Positions 1-13,200 of a stretch of DNA of 64,000 bases are shown piece after piece. The stretch lies in contig OZ193909.1 in the NCBI GenBank assembly GCA_964276515.1, forward strand, positions 18,848,001 to 18,912,000, in the 5' to 3' direction. The notes under the pieces are model-generated. The model was not told the DNA's origin, did not search any database, and saw only the letters and a list, made by a program, of their open reading frames with translations. Within the stretch, counting starts at the first letter, position 1. Every line of letters starts with the position of its first letter. The position numbers and the translations under genes were made by a program. The DNA is from Gordius albopunctatus (lineage: Eukaryota).

Positions 1-257
1 TTCATTAAATTTCTGGATTTCAATTATGTTGTACCGAATTGTTTTTAATTAACGCATTTTGAAAAACGAAGTTTAGATAGTTATTTCTGTGTTATTTAAG
101 ATAATAATACCCCCACAGAGTTGGTAAAATAACGATTTGGTAAAACCTTTTCCCTTAAGGCATAATAAAACTTGACACAAATTAATATGTTGAGCGAGGG
201 AATTTATTGCGAAATCCGAAAATTTATCTGCTCTACAATTTGCCCGCCATTCTGTAG

Positions 258-3200
258 AGATGCACATCTCGGTCCCTTGTTTGGAGCGATCCCTGCTAAA
301 CTACTTGGCCAAAGGAGATTTTGGGCAGGCGTCATTCGACCTTAAATCGGTGCCGATAGAAGAAACTAAGCCTCAAGACTCTACCAAAGGCGATTTTGGA
401 CCGGGCCCCGTAGGTCCGACCTCTGAGGACGGAGGTAATCTCGTGAAATTCCCTGAAAACTGGGTTGGGTTTAGTTTGATCGACCTCGACCTTTGGTCGA
501 GTAAACACGAACGGACCAAAGCCTTTTTTGGTGTCTTTTCTTAGTCGACCTCTAGCAAAACCCCCCAGCCCCGTTTTTACAACACTACTATGCTTAATTT
601 TATGCAGTAATCGAGAGAAAGAGCGAAAGATCGAGAGGACTTGTGGCTGGAATATGGATTTTTAAAATCCCTCTTATAATCTGACTTCCCTGTCTCTTTT
701 AAATGCATCCTAAAAGACATTTGTGTTTTGATTAAAAATTAGGGAAATTCGCACATTTAGAATTTTTAATTTAATTGGCGAGGTGAGTTTATGAATAATA
801 ATTTATTTGCAGGTTATGACGATAACAATCGAGATCCGTTAGTCTAAGGGTTTTCTAGCTTTTCCCTAAAATGTTTTGGATAGTTTGTTGTTTTTTAAGC
901 TTTATAATGGAGATTGTAAGCTAATTCGTAAAATACGTAGTGTATATGATGTAGTAAGATTATGAGTTATTTTAATCTATTTTCATTTCGTCTTCGCCTT
1001 TTATTTTTAGTATAAGTTTTATAATTATTTTTGTCCGACCTTTTTTTTTGTTAATTTTGAATTTATCATTCTTAGCGATGGGATTCCCTAAGAAGAAGGC
1101 CGAAATTGAAATGCAAGGGCTATCGCGCGAGAGCTTGTACATGGGTGAGTTGACTCTTGCATCAATTCCCCTTTTAAACCTATTATTTTGCTGTCTTTTT
1201 CACTGTGCTTTTTAGCTTTGTAGGAACAACCATTTATAAGAAAAAGGGGTTATTTTAATTATAAATCCGTTGTTTTAGCAATTTTTTATGCAAACTTGGT
1301 TATTGTCGTAATTTTATAGTTCCACCATCAACATGATATAACTCAACGTGAAAAATAAGTTGACTCGTAATTGTTTACAGTTTAAACCTACATTTACTCA
1401 TTTGACGTAGCGGAAAATATTTATTTCCATTTAATTATCAAAAAAAGCTCTCGTAAATACCAATGAAATCTTCAAAGTATTTTAATATTCATGGCTTTTC
1501 ATAGCGTCACTTTCTTATAAGCGCATTTACCCGATGACCTAAAAGAAATTCGAGATATTTAATTGTTTAAAAATTTATTTTGGCGCTGGCAGAAACGTTG
1601 TCAAAAATAGCAGCTTTCTCAACTCTCGGTCCCTTGTTCAAATCGTGTGCTCCCGTCAAGCTTACCGAAGACGAAACGGAATATGTGGTGCAATGCATCA
1701 AGCATATTTTCACGAATTACGTAGTCTTTCAGGTAAATGCGCGATGTTTTGCCTTACTTCTAACTATTCCTCAAGCCCTTTGCTGGCCTCTATGGGATAA
1801 ATTAAGAATTTTAGAGTGTATTTGGATTAGAGACCCACACGGGTGACCTTAATTGTAAGGTCTCTGTGTCGGGTTCGGGTTTCAAAATTTTAAAATGCTT
1901 TCGGGTTCGGGTTGAAAAGGTGACTTTGCAGTTCTTTTTGACGCAGGCATCGGAATAGCGATAAAGTGGATTTTTTTCTGATCAAGAAGAACTGATGGAT
2001 AGTGAATTAACAATTATTTTATGAAATTTTATCTTGTCCCGATATTATGGGGGCGTTTGAATAAGGAAAAACAAAACCCAGTCATTTTTACAACATTACT
2101 TGCGTGCATAACAGTGTGTTATACTACTCAGTTTTTCCATCGTATTCCAATATTAAAGTTTAATAAGTTATTCCTTAGACGGCTGATTAGGTTTGAGTTT
2201 TACACACAAAAAATATGGATCTAATATTTTTTGGGGAAATATTTTTATTGTCTGTGTATTATTAAATTCAGTTCGACGTCACGAATACCCTGACCGATCA
2301 AATCCTGGAAAACGTGGTAATTGCTATGGAACCGTCGGAGGAGCAATTTCACGTGGCGAAAAGTATAGCGGCTAAAGAGTGCAAACCCGTCGAACTTGAA
2401 ACCGAATCGAATTCCTCAGCCTCCAACGTGGCTTACACCTGCGTTCGACTACCCGAAGAGAGCGTGTTAGGTAAATCAATAGAAATCAATAATCAATCAA
2501 TAAATCAGTCGATCGATAATTTATTGGGCTTGTTTAAGACTCTCTCTAATCGGTAAAAATTCAAGTTTTATGTTTGTTACGAAATTTGGTGAACCATTCC
2601 CAGAAACGATTTGTCGATCAGCAGCAAAATTTGGAGACGGCATTTTTGAAGCTTTTGGTCTAGTGTTGCCTTTGGCAATTGTTTATTAGCCACCTGAATT
2701 CTGAATGTCACAACTTGTAAAAACGGGACTGGGTTTTGTTGCGTCGATCTTTGGTTCAAGTCGACTTAACACGAACAGACTAAAGGTTAGACCAAAGGAA
2801 ACCCTGCCGTTTTACAACACCAACAATATATAGCCTACTATGACTATATTATGTCTCTATGGCCAAAACGCTCGTCTTTCTTGGAAATTAAGCTGAAAAG
2901 TTTCCTGAAATATTAATAGTATTGCATTGAAACTGTAAAACTACGAAGAATTTGTTTTTGCTCTCCTAACAACAGTTTCCTGCACTTTTACCAACGTCAT
3001 GAAATTCAAGGTTAGAGATTGCGACCCTGCTACCGGAGAGATAGGGGGCGCCGCTTATGACGATCAATACACGGTGATTCATTTTTTGTATTCTCATATT
3101 TTTACACTAAAATAATTTTGGCTGCAAAAAGTAATATATATTTAGGATGGACGAAAATGATTATGAAATAAACTAGGAGCATGCCCCCCCCCCCTTCAAA

Positions 3201-5259
3201 TTAAAAAATTTGTTGAAATTTATTAAAATTTAAAAAAATTATCATTTTGGCCCCCTCTTTAATTCAAATGGTGGCTACGCCCATGCAACTCTAGACCTAC
3301 TTGCGATCCAGTTTAGTTTTCTTAAATACTTTTATTATTTGAACAATTTCCATTTTTTTATTAATATGATTTTTTGTTTTGTCCAATTATTTTTGGATTT
3401 TTATATTTTACGTATTTTACTGTCAAATTTCATGATTTTTAGTGAATAAACATTCGAGGGAAGAATAACAACATAGCTAGCTTTTCGTTAATTTTGCTAT
3501 TTTATGACTTTTTAATGATAGATCGAAGACTTGGAGTTGGGGGTTAGTGATAGCATGAAAGCCGTGGCCAAGCATAATTTCGGGGCGGCTTGGGAGGAAT
3601 TGGGTCCTGAAAATGAGCTAGAAGACAGTTTCGTCCTTTCAAACATCAAAACTCTCGAAGGTATAATAACACGGTTCAACAAGAAAAATCAACCGGCAAA
3701 CTTTTTGCAGATTCTGCTAGAGTTTTTCACTGTCAACACAAATATATGTTTTTAGTTTTTTCCCTATACGTCAAAGTTTTTAGATATTTGCTATCAAAGT
3801 TGCCAAAAACAGGGATTTTAGCGTTTTTCAAACGCAAATAACTTGCAATTTAATCGGTAAAATTTTTTTTATTTTATAGATTTAACTCGTAGATAAAGGG
3901 GAGAGGAATGTATTTTCAATTTTTTATCCTAGCACATTTACTTTTTAAATTATATACAAAATTAACTATCCCTACTATCTTTTACCCTGACAAATTGCAC
4001 CAGACTTGAGGGCGCCCTCCCTTCTCTTCAACACTAGGAATTGAGTGGGTGTTGCTACTCTACTATTACTACATTACTATTGATTTGTTGCTTGGCAAGG
4101 AGGAGTCATTTTTTACAATTTGCAGGCTACCTGTTTTTCCACTAACACTAATATATATTACTGATTTATGGAAAATTGCACAGAGATTTTTCCCCAAAAA
4201 GGTACAGAGCCACTTGGATTTCAAACTTTCATCACGTATTCTTTGAGTAGAGAATGTTAAGACTGTGAATTTGGTGGACCCGTTTGAGAGCTTTTTTTGC
4301 CATTTTTTGTAAAGAAGCTGCTTATAAATAATAATAATTCTAAACAATATTTGTAGAAGAGGTATAGTAGAATCTCTAATAAATAATTAATCAATAATTC
4401 TAGTATTTGCGACTTTTGATATCGGCTAAATGACATACATCCTAGGGCAATGCGGTGTAAATAATTGGTCTTAGCTTAATATTGAGTATTTTTTAAATTA
4501 TTATAATATTTTAGAAGCGGTAAATAAATTGATTCAATTTTTGGGTATGTCACCTTGCGATTCATCCGACAAAATTGGTGAAGGCAAAAACTTGCACACC
4601 CTTTACCTATCTGGTGAGTTCAATACTTTCCTCCCTTTCTTTCTACATTAAAATTGGCTTTGTTTCCATAGAACCCAAACATAAAGCTCCGTTTTTTGAT
4701 GTTAAACGCCCTTGTATCTTGAAATTTACTTTAATTTGTCGTATAATAGAGATTATAATAGGCGCCTTTTAGTTTGTGACTATTTGGATTTAACCGGAAA
4801 GAATTTATGGACAAAGACTACATTTAAGCTAAATTAACGTTCTGAATCCTCGAAAACTACGATTAAATGCGATAAATCAAATTTAAGTTTTTAAACTAAG
4901 CCTGGTAAAGACCAAAACACTAGGTTAAAAGGATGCAAGCCTTCGCTTAGTTTTGATACCTTTTTGCTTGTAGATTATGTAGCATTAGATAAAGATTAAA
5001 ATAATCAATAAAAAATAAGTTTTCGTGTATTTTGAATAGCCAGGATTTGTATTAAAATAACGCCTACCCATTTTTACGGAGATCCGTAGAAATTATAATT
5101 TTATTTCTCTTTTCACCTGTAGGCATATACAGAGGTGGGCACGATATTTTGTCTAGAATCAAGATCGTGGTAATTCCCGAGACGGGAGTAACCATGAATA
5201 TGGTTGTCCGAAGCTCAGATCCAGCCGCCAGCGAAGTTTTAGTTACAGCGATGGGCTAA
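258..5259 (+). CDS. COPG: Coatomer subunit gamma (gamma-COP), 3' portion; gene begins upstream of the window
   Basis: Phase-consistent GT-AG exons 258-434, 1076-1144, 1593-1732, 2272-2470, 2976-3073, 3522-3660, 4515-4613, 5123-5259 (TAA 5257-5259). The translation has gamma-COP motifs [85 protein letters not shown] and HTLYLSGIYRGG. Confidence 0.95.
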
Positions 5260-5573
5260 ACATTTCTTCCCAACCCAAAAATTATCCTTCTAAAACATTT
5301 TTTAACAACTCTATCGAAATGGCAACCATTTTGTGTCATGCGTTCTATAGTGGGCTATAACAATAAGTTTTGGAAATTCGCATTATATGCTTTTCATCCC
5401 ATTTTTTAATTTTTTTCCACTTGGACTTTATACTAATTTATTTTGTGCATCATTTTATCGTTGTGTTTAAAGCATCGCTACCTGATACACATTTAATATT
5501 TCATAATTCATTTCATATGTGATGCATCTGTAGCGAACGTTCTCTAATTATCCAAATACATTTAAAGTACGTT

Positions 5574-5591
5574 TTTTATTACGTAATAAAA
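5574..5591. terminator. Palindromic bidirectional polyadenylation signal (TTTTATTACGTAATAAAA)
   Basis: AATAAA on + at 5585-5590 and on - at 5575-5580, lying between the convergent COPG and SLC35F stop codons. Confidence 0.5.
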
Positions 5592-5857
5592 TACCTGCAC
5601 GAATCGCGCGACAAAGTGAGATTGCGTCATATGCGAAAGTAAGGATCGATTCATAAATGCTGTAACTAACCTAAAGAGAGCGGGGGATAAAGTTGTGATA
5701 AATTTTTTTAAAAGTCGAGAGTGCTTCATATTTACTACACGCGATGTTAAGAGACGAATTTAGGGCCTACATCGGGTGGACGTTTCGTTTGTGATTACAA
5801 TGGCGTACTTATTCAAGGTGCATGATATAAGTTGAGCACGACCATCGTGGTGACAAT

Positions 5858-6061
5858 CAGCGTTGTAAAAAGGGGAGGGTTTTGGTTGGCCGACCTTCGG
5901 TTATATTAAAACTATCAGTCAACCCTGGTCTCTCTTTCAAATTTTGACTAAGCCTAGTGGTCAATTAAGAAAAAGGGACCAAAAATTCATGGTTTGTTGA
6001 CGTTTAGTCGACTGAGACACCAAAGGTCGCCCAACCAAAACTCAGCCGTTTTACAACACTA
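5858..6061. mobile_element. MITE, (T/C)AGTGTTGTAAAA...TTTTACAACACTA family
   Basis: Imperfect terminal inverted repeats and internal GTCGAC/ACCAAA motifs; related copies at ~458-587, ~2715-2820, ~8388-8853 and ~9460-9550. Confidence 0.7.
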
Positions 6062-7218
6062 GATTCATGCTTTGAGGTGTGGTATAATTTTTCGGGGTTA
6101 CGTGCTTTTTTGTGCGAAGTTAAGGTAAAAACTAAATTTTTTAGGATAACTGTGGTTCCCGAAATTTAAAGAGTCATGTAAAACACGGAATAATATAATA
6201 AAAGTTAGCCTCGATAATAGTATAATTGCGAATTTAATGAATTCTAAAAGAAAAAAGCTCGCGATAAAATAGAATAAAGTGATTGTAGTAAATTAAAAAT
6301 ATAGTCGAAAACGAATTCAAAAAGGCTGGTGAGATATATTATAAAATGTACATCATCCCATTCGATCCCGTGCATTGCTTCAATGTATTTACTAGACCAT
6401 TAGTTGTAGCGCAAATTAAGACTTGTGAAACAGTATTTTACCAAATTGACGTAAAAATATTTTGATTATTGTATAAGAGAGTGTGACAAATTTTAGGCAA
6501 AACCGATAAGAACGTGTAAGGTAAAGGTTGGTACAATCAACAATTTATCATAAACGCGACGCAAATAGTTAAGAAAAAGGAGGAGGAGCACAATACTTAA
6601 TGTATACTCATATTTTCTATTGATGCCCACATTTTTTATAGGTAATAATACGCGTGCGAAAGGAGTATAAAACGTAATCGCAAGGACGAGAATACAGAAG
6701 CCACAACCATGATGCTAAATGACATATGGCTAGACCTACAAAAATTTACCAAATATCTCTTGCGTTAGCTTAAGAATGGCAATATTAAGTAGTCGGGGAT
6801 TGAGACAATCTTAAATATCTCTGTACACTTTCACAACATTATAAAGATCGAGATTGTATGGCAAATCGCAATAGATTTTGGGCGATTCTTTACTAGACTT
6901 GTTAACAATTCAAAATTAAATTTCGCAAAACAAACGAGTGTTGTTGATCTCATAACATTTGCGCCTGCATAAACTAAGCAGTATTAAACGTTCGGCGATA
7001 GTGCGATTTTACAAGATATCTCTAAATTTTTACAAATAACAGTATAAAGACTGAGATTGTATGATGGCCGAAATTAAGAGTAAGGAGTATCTTCGATTAA
7101 ACATTTTTAATATTTCAAACTTCCAATTTCACTGTGGTAAAGGAGAATGTAGATTTTCTGAAATTTCTCAAAACAACTGTGCCAAAAAAATTTTGAGGTC
7201 GGACATTTGGTGGGGACA

Positions 7219-10200
7219 TTATGCGGTAACTACAGGATGCTCCGGTACTGTTGAGGAGTGGTTCCCAGTTGCCATATTAATTTCTATTTGCGTTTCCGGT
7301 TCGTCCGCCATTTTTTCGTATGGGCCTCCCAGCCTTGTGGTCGTCACGTGACCAGATTCTTCCGCTGGGGAATTGGAGGGCGTGGAAGTGCTGGTCTTGG
7401 GGGGATATAAGCTATAAACCACGACCCCGTTTATTATCAGGACAAATGCCAGAATGAATAGCCCGTTAAACTAAAAATCGTAAATGAAAAATTATTAGTA
7501 AGAAATTGTTCAAGTTATTGAGAAGGATTTACTCAACTAAGAAATAGTTTCATTGTCATTAAACGAGTCCAAAATTATAAAACAAAATGAATCGAACATA
7601 TAATTTCCTTTTTTGAGACAGTAATATTAGATGCAAATGTGGATTGGGCTTAGCCAGGGGGTGGCATAAAGGGGCGGCTGCCCCCCTCTAAATCCAATTT
7701 TTTTCAAATTCTAATATAATTATAGCTTAACTTTCAAAAATAACTATTTTGCCCCTCCTTAAAGCACTATTCTCACCCCCATCTAATTTCAATTAATTTT
7801 GTATACACTGCTTTGTAAGGAGTTAGCAAGAGTGATTTGTCACTATGCATCATAATTTTTCGCATATTTGTAACCATTATTTACATATAGCACAGGTTAA
7901 ATCATAAATATCATATTAACACATGGGCGTAGTAAGGATTGAATTTAATGGGGGAGGGCAGGCAAATTGATCATTTTTAGCCATAATTAGATAAAATTTT
8001 AAAGAATATTTGGATTTAGAGGGTGGCAGCCGCCCCTGCCTGCCCCCCCCCCCTTGGCAACGCCAATCTTTAGTGAATTGAAAACTAAACCAAAACAAGC
8101 GCCTTAGCGGGGTTATATTATAAAAAGTTATAATTCCCACACTAAGCGAGCACACATTCTAATGTAATTAAAGTTGTTTATTTCAAACTTAATTCACTTA
8201 CACATTCTCAATTTTTAGCCTGGAACATATAATTTTTGTGTGATAAAGATAGGACGGAGTTCACCTAAAACACCATTAGATGGGTGGGTGGGGGGGCAGT
8301 TGCCCCTTTTGCCACCCCCTCCCCTATTAACTTTTGCAATTAGGAGTTATAATTTACAAAGGATGCTACACAATGTATGACTCATTGTAGTGTTGTAAAT
8401 ACGGTTGGATTTTATTTGGTAGGCCTTTGATTTTAGTCGACTGGACATAGTCAGACCAAATTTCTTTTTGGTCCCACTATGTCCAGTCGACCTATAGGCT
8501 TAGTCGAAATTTGAAAAACCATAGAATGGCGAACAGCTGATAATTATTCAGCAGGTATAGAAACCGCCATTTTGTGGGAAATTGTATACAAACCATAGAC
8601 GTCAACATAATTAATTTTTTTATTTTCTTAAATATTATATGGTGGATGAAGTATAAACATACCTGTGGTTGAGTTTTTCCTTCAAGATGGCAGCTATAAT
8701 GGTGTCTGAATGATTTTAATAGTAAAAACCAGTTGTTCGTCAGTCTATGGTTTTATTAGTCTATATGAAAAAAAGACCAAAGTCGGCCCGACCATTAGCC
8801 TTAGTTATATACCAAAGGTTGTGGAAACGAAACCCAGGCGTTTTCACAAAACTCTCGTTCCCTAACTAACCTGATGCTTGAAGAGGAAAAGTCCGAAGAT
8901 GAGCGCATAAAAATCTGCCGACAGTATAGATAAATTCAGAGCTACCGCCGATGTCGCTTTAATGACTACGGTCATGAAGTAGTAGAGGCAAAACATGAGA
9001 AGTCCGAACAGAGCTAGTAATGCCCAAGCGTCGCGAGAAAAATGGAAAAAGGATTGAACTTCTTCGCGCTCCAAAATCATGCTAGAGCGGTGAATAACGT
9101 AAGCAGAAAAAAATGCAATGAAAATGACTAAAATTCCGATAGAAATTAGGAAAAAATATTTAAAAAACTCGGCAAAATGCTCTATTAAAATCAAGTCTGC
9201 CCATCATTATAATGCTGAGGAATGCTAAGTTTACCGGGGAAAAGGCCGTTTTAATAAGACATTTATGGTGGTTTAACATTGGAAAAACTTTGTCAAAATC
9301 AAAATTACTTGCATTTTCAACTGGTAAAAAGCTTAAAAATTTGACATTAATCCATATTTAACCTATGTAACACCATAGCCAAAAAACGACATATTATATA
9401 GACAGCTATTTTGTCGCCTAGCGCATGAGCTTTGTTTCGTCTAACTTAGCTTTAACAAGACTAACGATGGACTTTGGTGTCTGTTTTTCAAAGTTCGACT
9501 AAAACAAAAGGTTTACCAAACAAAACTCACGTCTTTTTTTCTTCAACCCTTAAATTGGCTCATATTAATAAATTGTATTAGAACAACAGAAAAAATTAAA
9601 CGTTATCTAAAAATGATGGGTAATTTTCTATAGCTTCTTTCTGTCCAAAACAGGGTAAAAGGGGATTTTTTAAAAGCAATTGACACCTTTTCAAGTCTCG
9701 CTGAGCTAATCACAAAAAAACAACCATGAAAACCACATAAAATGAGGAGTTCTCTTAAATCCTTGAAACATGTTACTTAAATATTTAGGCCGACTAAAAA
9801 GCCACAAACTACTTTAAAATCACAAAATCCCTTCAGATCTATGGAAAACTCTGAAACTTTTGTCAAAAACCGGTATAAACCGTTATAATTTTCAACACGT
9901 TATATATTTAACGGGCGAGAATAGGTAAAATTACAATTGTATGCCATTGATGATAGTTCCGAAAAAACCGAGCATGGCTAGGAATTCGAAACGATCGAAG
10001 GTACGTACGAAGTATTCTTGTGCAACGTTAGAAACTCCGTACAGGCAAGCCGCAACCAGGCATAGCATGTCGCCCAAAAATTTATTACTAGCTATAAACA
10101 AAATACAGACACATACATACATTAAGTAATGTTAGATGTTGGGCCGGGCTTATCGGGCCTTGGTCTTAGGCTAAGCTCCGACCCCGGGTCGGGCTCCGAC

Positions 10201-13200
10201 CATTGCCAAAATTTAGCAGAATCCCCCATTATTAGTCAATAAGCTTTGAAAATGATCATTTGGGATCAATAAAGATGTCGGGGCGGGCTCTAGTCGGGTT
10301 TAAAAAGAATAACAGGATGACCTTGGGCCGAACCTGGCCGGGGTCAGGCAAATAAAATTCAAATAGCGGCCATAATTTTTTATACTAAAATTTCGTCAGA
10401 ATCGTAGTTTTCCATTATAAGTCAACAAGCTTTTAGGATCATTTCAGATTGGCAAAAGGTGTGGGGCCGCGGTCGGATAAATTAATTCAAACAACGGTGA
10501 TTATGTTTAGGGAAGTATTGTCAAATCGTATTGTCTTTATAAGCAATAAGTCGACAGGCTTTAAAATTATCATTTTTAAGGTTGACAAATCATGGGGCCC
10601 AAATATAAAATTAATAAAGTTTGGCTTCGGACCGGGGTCAGATAAGTCAAATTCAAACGAAGTCTATTATTGTTTTGTAGGCAAATCTTTATTTTAAAGG
10701 AGTGCTTCCATACTTTTGTAGTTTTACATTTTAATGTATAATAGAAACCTACAATTTTGGTGACGAATCGCCCCAAAAATAAATTTAATAAAAGAAATTA
10801 ATGATCGCTCTGCAAAACTTTTGATTTTTCTGAGTCCGGCCGAGGCCTCCAGCCCTTTTGTATTGTTTTTAAGCCCGACTATTTAGTTTCATCGTTTTAT
10901 ACGTGTTTAGTAGTCTCTAGGCAATTAAAATAATCGCATAACTAGGTGCAAAACAAATTTTGAACTAAAAGGGATAACTTACAGAAAGGAGGGGCTCGTG
11001 TTCGAAAAGCTAAATTATGGACCCTATAGGGTTTGCTTCGGACCGAACCCCGGCCTTGGGTTGGACTTGTCCAAACTCAATAACAGCCCGAGACCCGAAA
11101 ATGTTAATAATTTTGGTCTAACTTTGGCCTAAAGCCGCCCGTAGCTCTAGTTGAATCTAAAACATCCTCACTCCCAGACTTGCAAATACATTCATTTTAA
11201 AGTACATTTTTAATATACTTCTATAAATCTCAAAATCCAAAGATGTGTCATCTCGGAGTCATTTTAATCACAATTATTTAATTAGAATCCATAAATTTGA
11301 GTTAAAAACCGCGAAAAAAATCAGGACGTAAAATTTCAGTAATTTTTACGCTGAGAATGTTCAGGGGTTGAGTCTGTTGATTGTCTTTGCTGAAGATCTG
11401 AATATATGAGAAATCCAACGCCGGACAAGCAAATAAGCACGCCGATCAGATGGGATAATCTGTAGCTAACTCGTAAAAAGAGAAGGGACAGCACCAAAAC
11501 CACCGGTATTATCATGCAATCCAACAACTATATTAATAAAAAAATTAAATAAAAATTGATTTTTCAACAAATTTAAGTTCCCCAAAATAAACTTAAAGTT
11601 TCAAAAAAGCTTAGTTTTTATCATTTATTGAAGAAAATTTTTAAATTTGCAAAAAAATTAAATTACAAATCCAAAAATTCAATTATTTGTATCCAGGAAA
11701 GTTATAAATTATATAAAAATTAAAAATCCAAAAAACTTATTTTTGAATTGTTAATCGAAAAAAACCTTTTCTTTGAATCATTCAATTGATGAAATTAAAA
11801 AAAAATAAATTAGATATACTAAAAACTTATTATTTCTATCCAGGAAATTTATAAGTATATAAAAAAATCTAAAATCCATAAAGTCTATTTTTCGATTAAT
11901 TTAATTGACGAAATTTATACATTTAAAGTAAAATTGATATCCAAAAAACCTATTATTTGTACCCAGAAAATTTAATAAAAATATTAAAATCAAAAAAAAA
12001 TATCTTTAAAATCCTAAATTAATGAATTTAATCAAAAATCGGATCCTGAGATATAATTTAAAAAAAATTAAACTAAATTTAGGGAAGGGAAGATGTCGGA
12101 GTCATTATTGAATATTCATGCATCGATCTTTCTATTAACCGTTATAAAAATTCAGGAGCGTTATAAAATTATAATATAAAATGATTAAAATCCTCACTCT
12201 TGTCAATGAATGAAAGCAAAATAAAATTATTAATTTAAAAATTTAATGGATAATTTCCCCTCTCAAGTGGCCTTGTAAAGTCTCTTTAAGACTAGCTAGT
12301 AGCTGCTTGCTAGTCTTATATCCACCTCAAAAAGAAAATACTAAATAAATTTATAAAAAATTGAACTTACGTTTTACAACGTTTAACGCTTCAACGACAG
12401 TTTTAAAGCCATTTTAATAAGAAATTTATATTTATAAATAGAAAATATATCGTTTTATTATGCTAAATTTCAAAACTTGACATTACTACGGTAAGGTGTC
12501 CAAAATTAAATACGTACAGATGCTCAGCTGAAACCTTGAAAAATTAAAAAAAATTTTTGATATTTTAATTAACAATGATTCAGGAAGGGGCAAAACGATA
12601 AATTGAAATTTTAGTCAGTAATTATATTTCAATTTGTAAGAATTTTGAGCAAAGCTTTTCTAACTCTCTCTGTATTTCTCAGGCGCTTCTTAAACTGACC
12701 AAAGATTTTTTGGTCAAGCAAATCCTGGCTAAGCGAATCGCATGTATATAACTAAAATGGGAAAACTAGAAAACTCCAAAAAATAATAATTTATTAAAAT
12801 TGTCGCAACCTGTATGCTAGTGAGGGTAGTATATTGATAAGCTTTGACTATGAGATAATTCGCTTGTACATCCACTAGGGCTATGACCATATATTTACAA
12901 CCACGTTCTCGCAAAAGTGTCCAAAATTTCACTGGATTCTGTCGACCTTTTTGTTGGTACTGCCGAACGACGTTGAATACTGTCCCCAACAGCAAGTAGT
13001 TCAAGAAGGATTGCGCTGGCGAAAAAAAAGTGAAAATCATCGTGTCCATTTAGTGCAAAAACGGGCTTAAAAACGCAAAACACAGTTAATAATAATAAAT
13101 TATTACTAAAAATGCTTTAAAAAAATGTAGAAATTTCGTCGGGAAATATTAGACTTACTGATTTATTTATTTTCATTTCTTCCCGCTTTTATATTTCATA

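Noticed and set aside
6841..7075. Short direct repeat ATAAAGA..GAGATTGTATG in the SLC35F 3' region
   Set aside because: Only ~20 bp, imperfect, two copies; no evidence of function.
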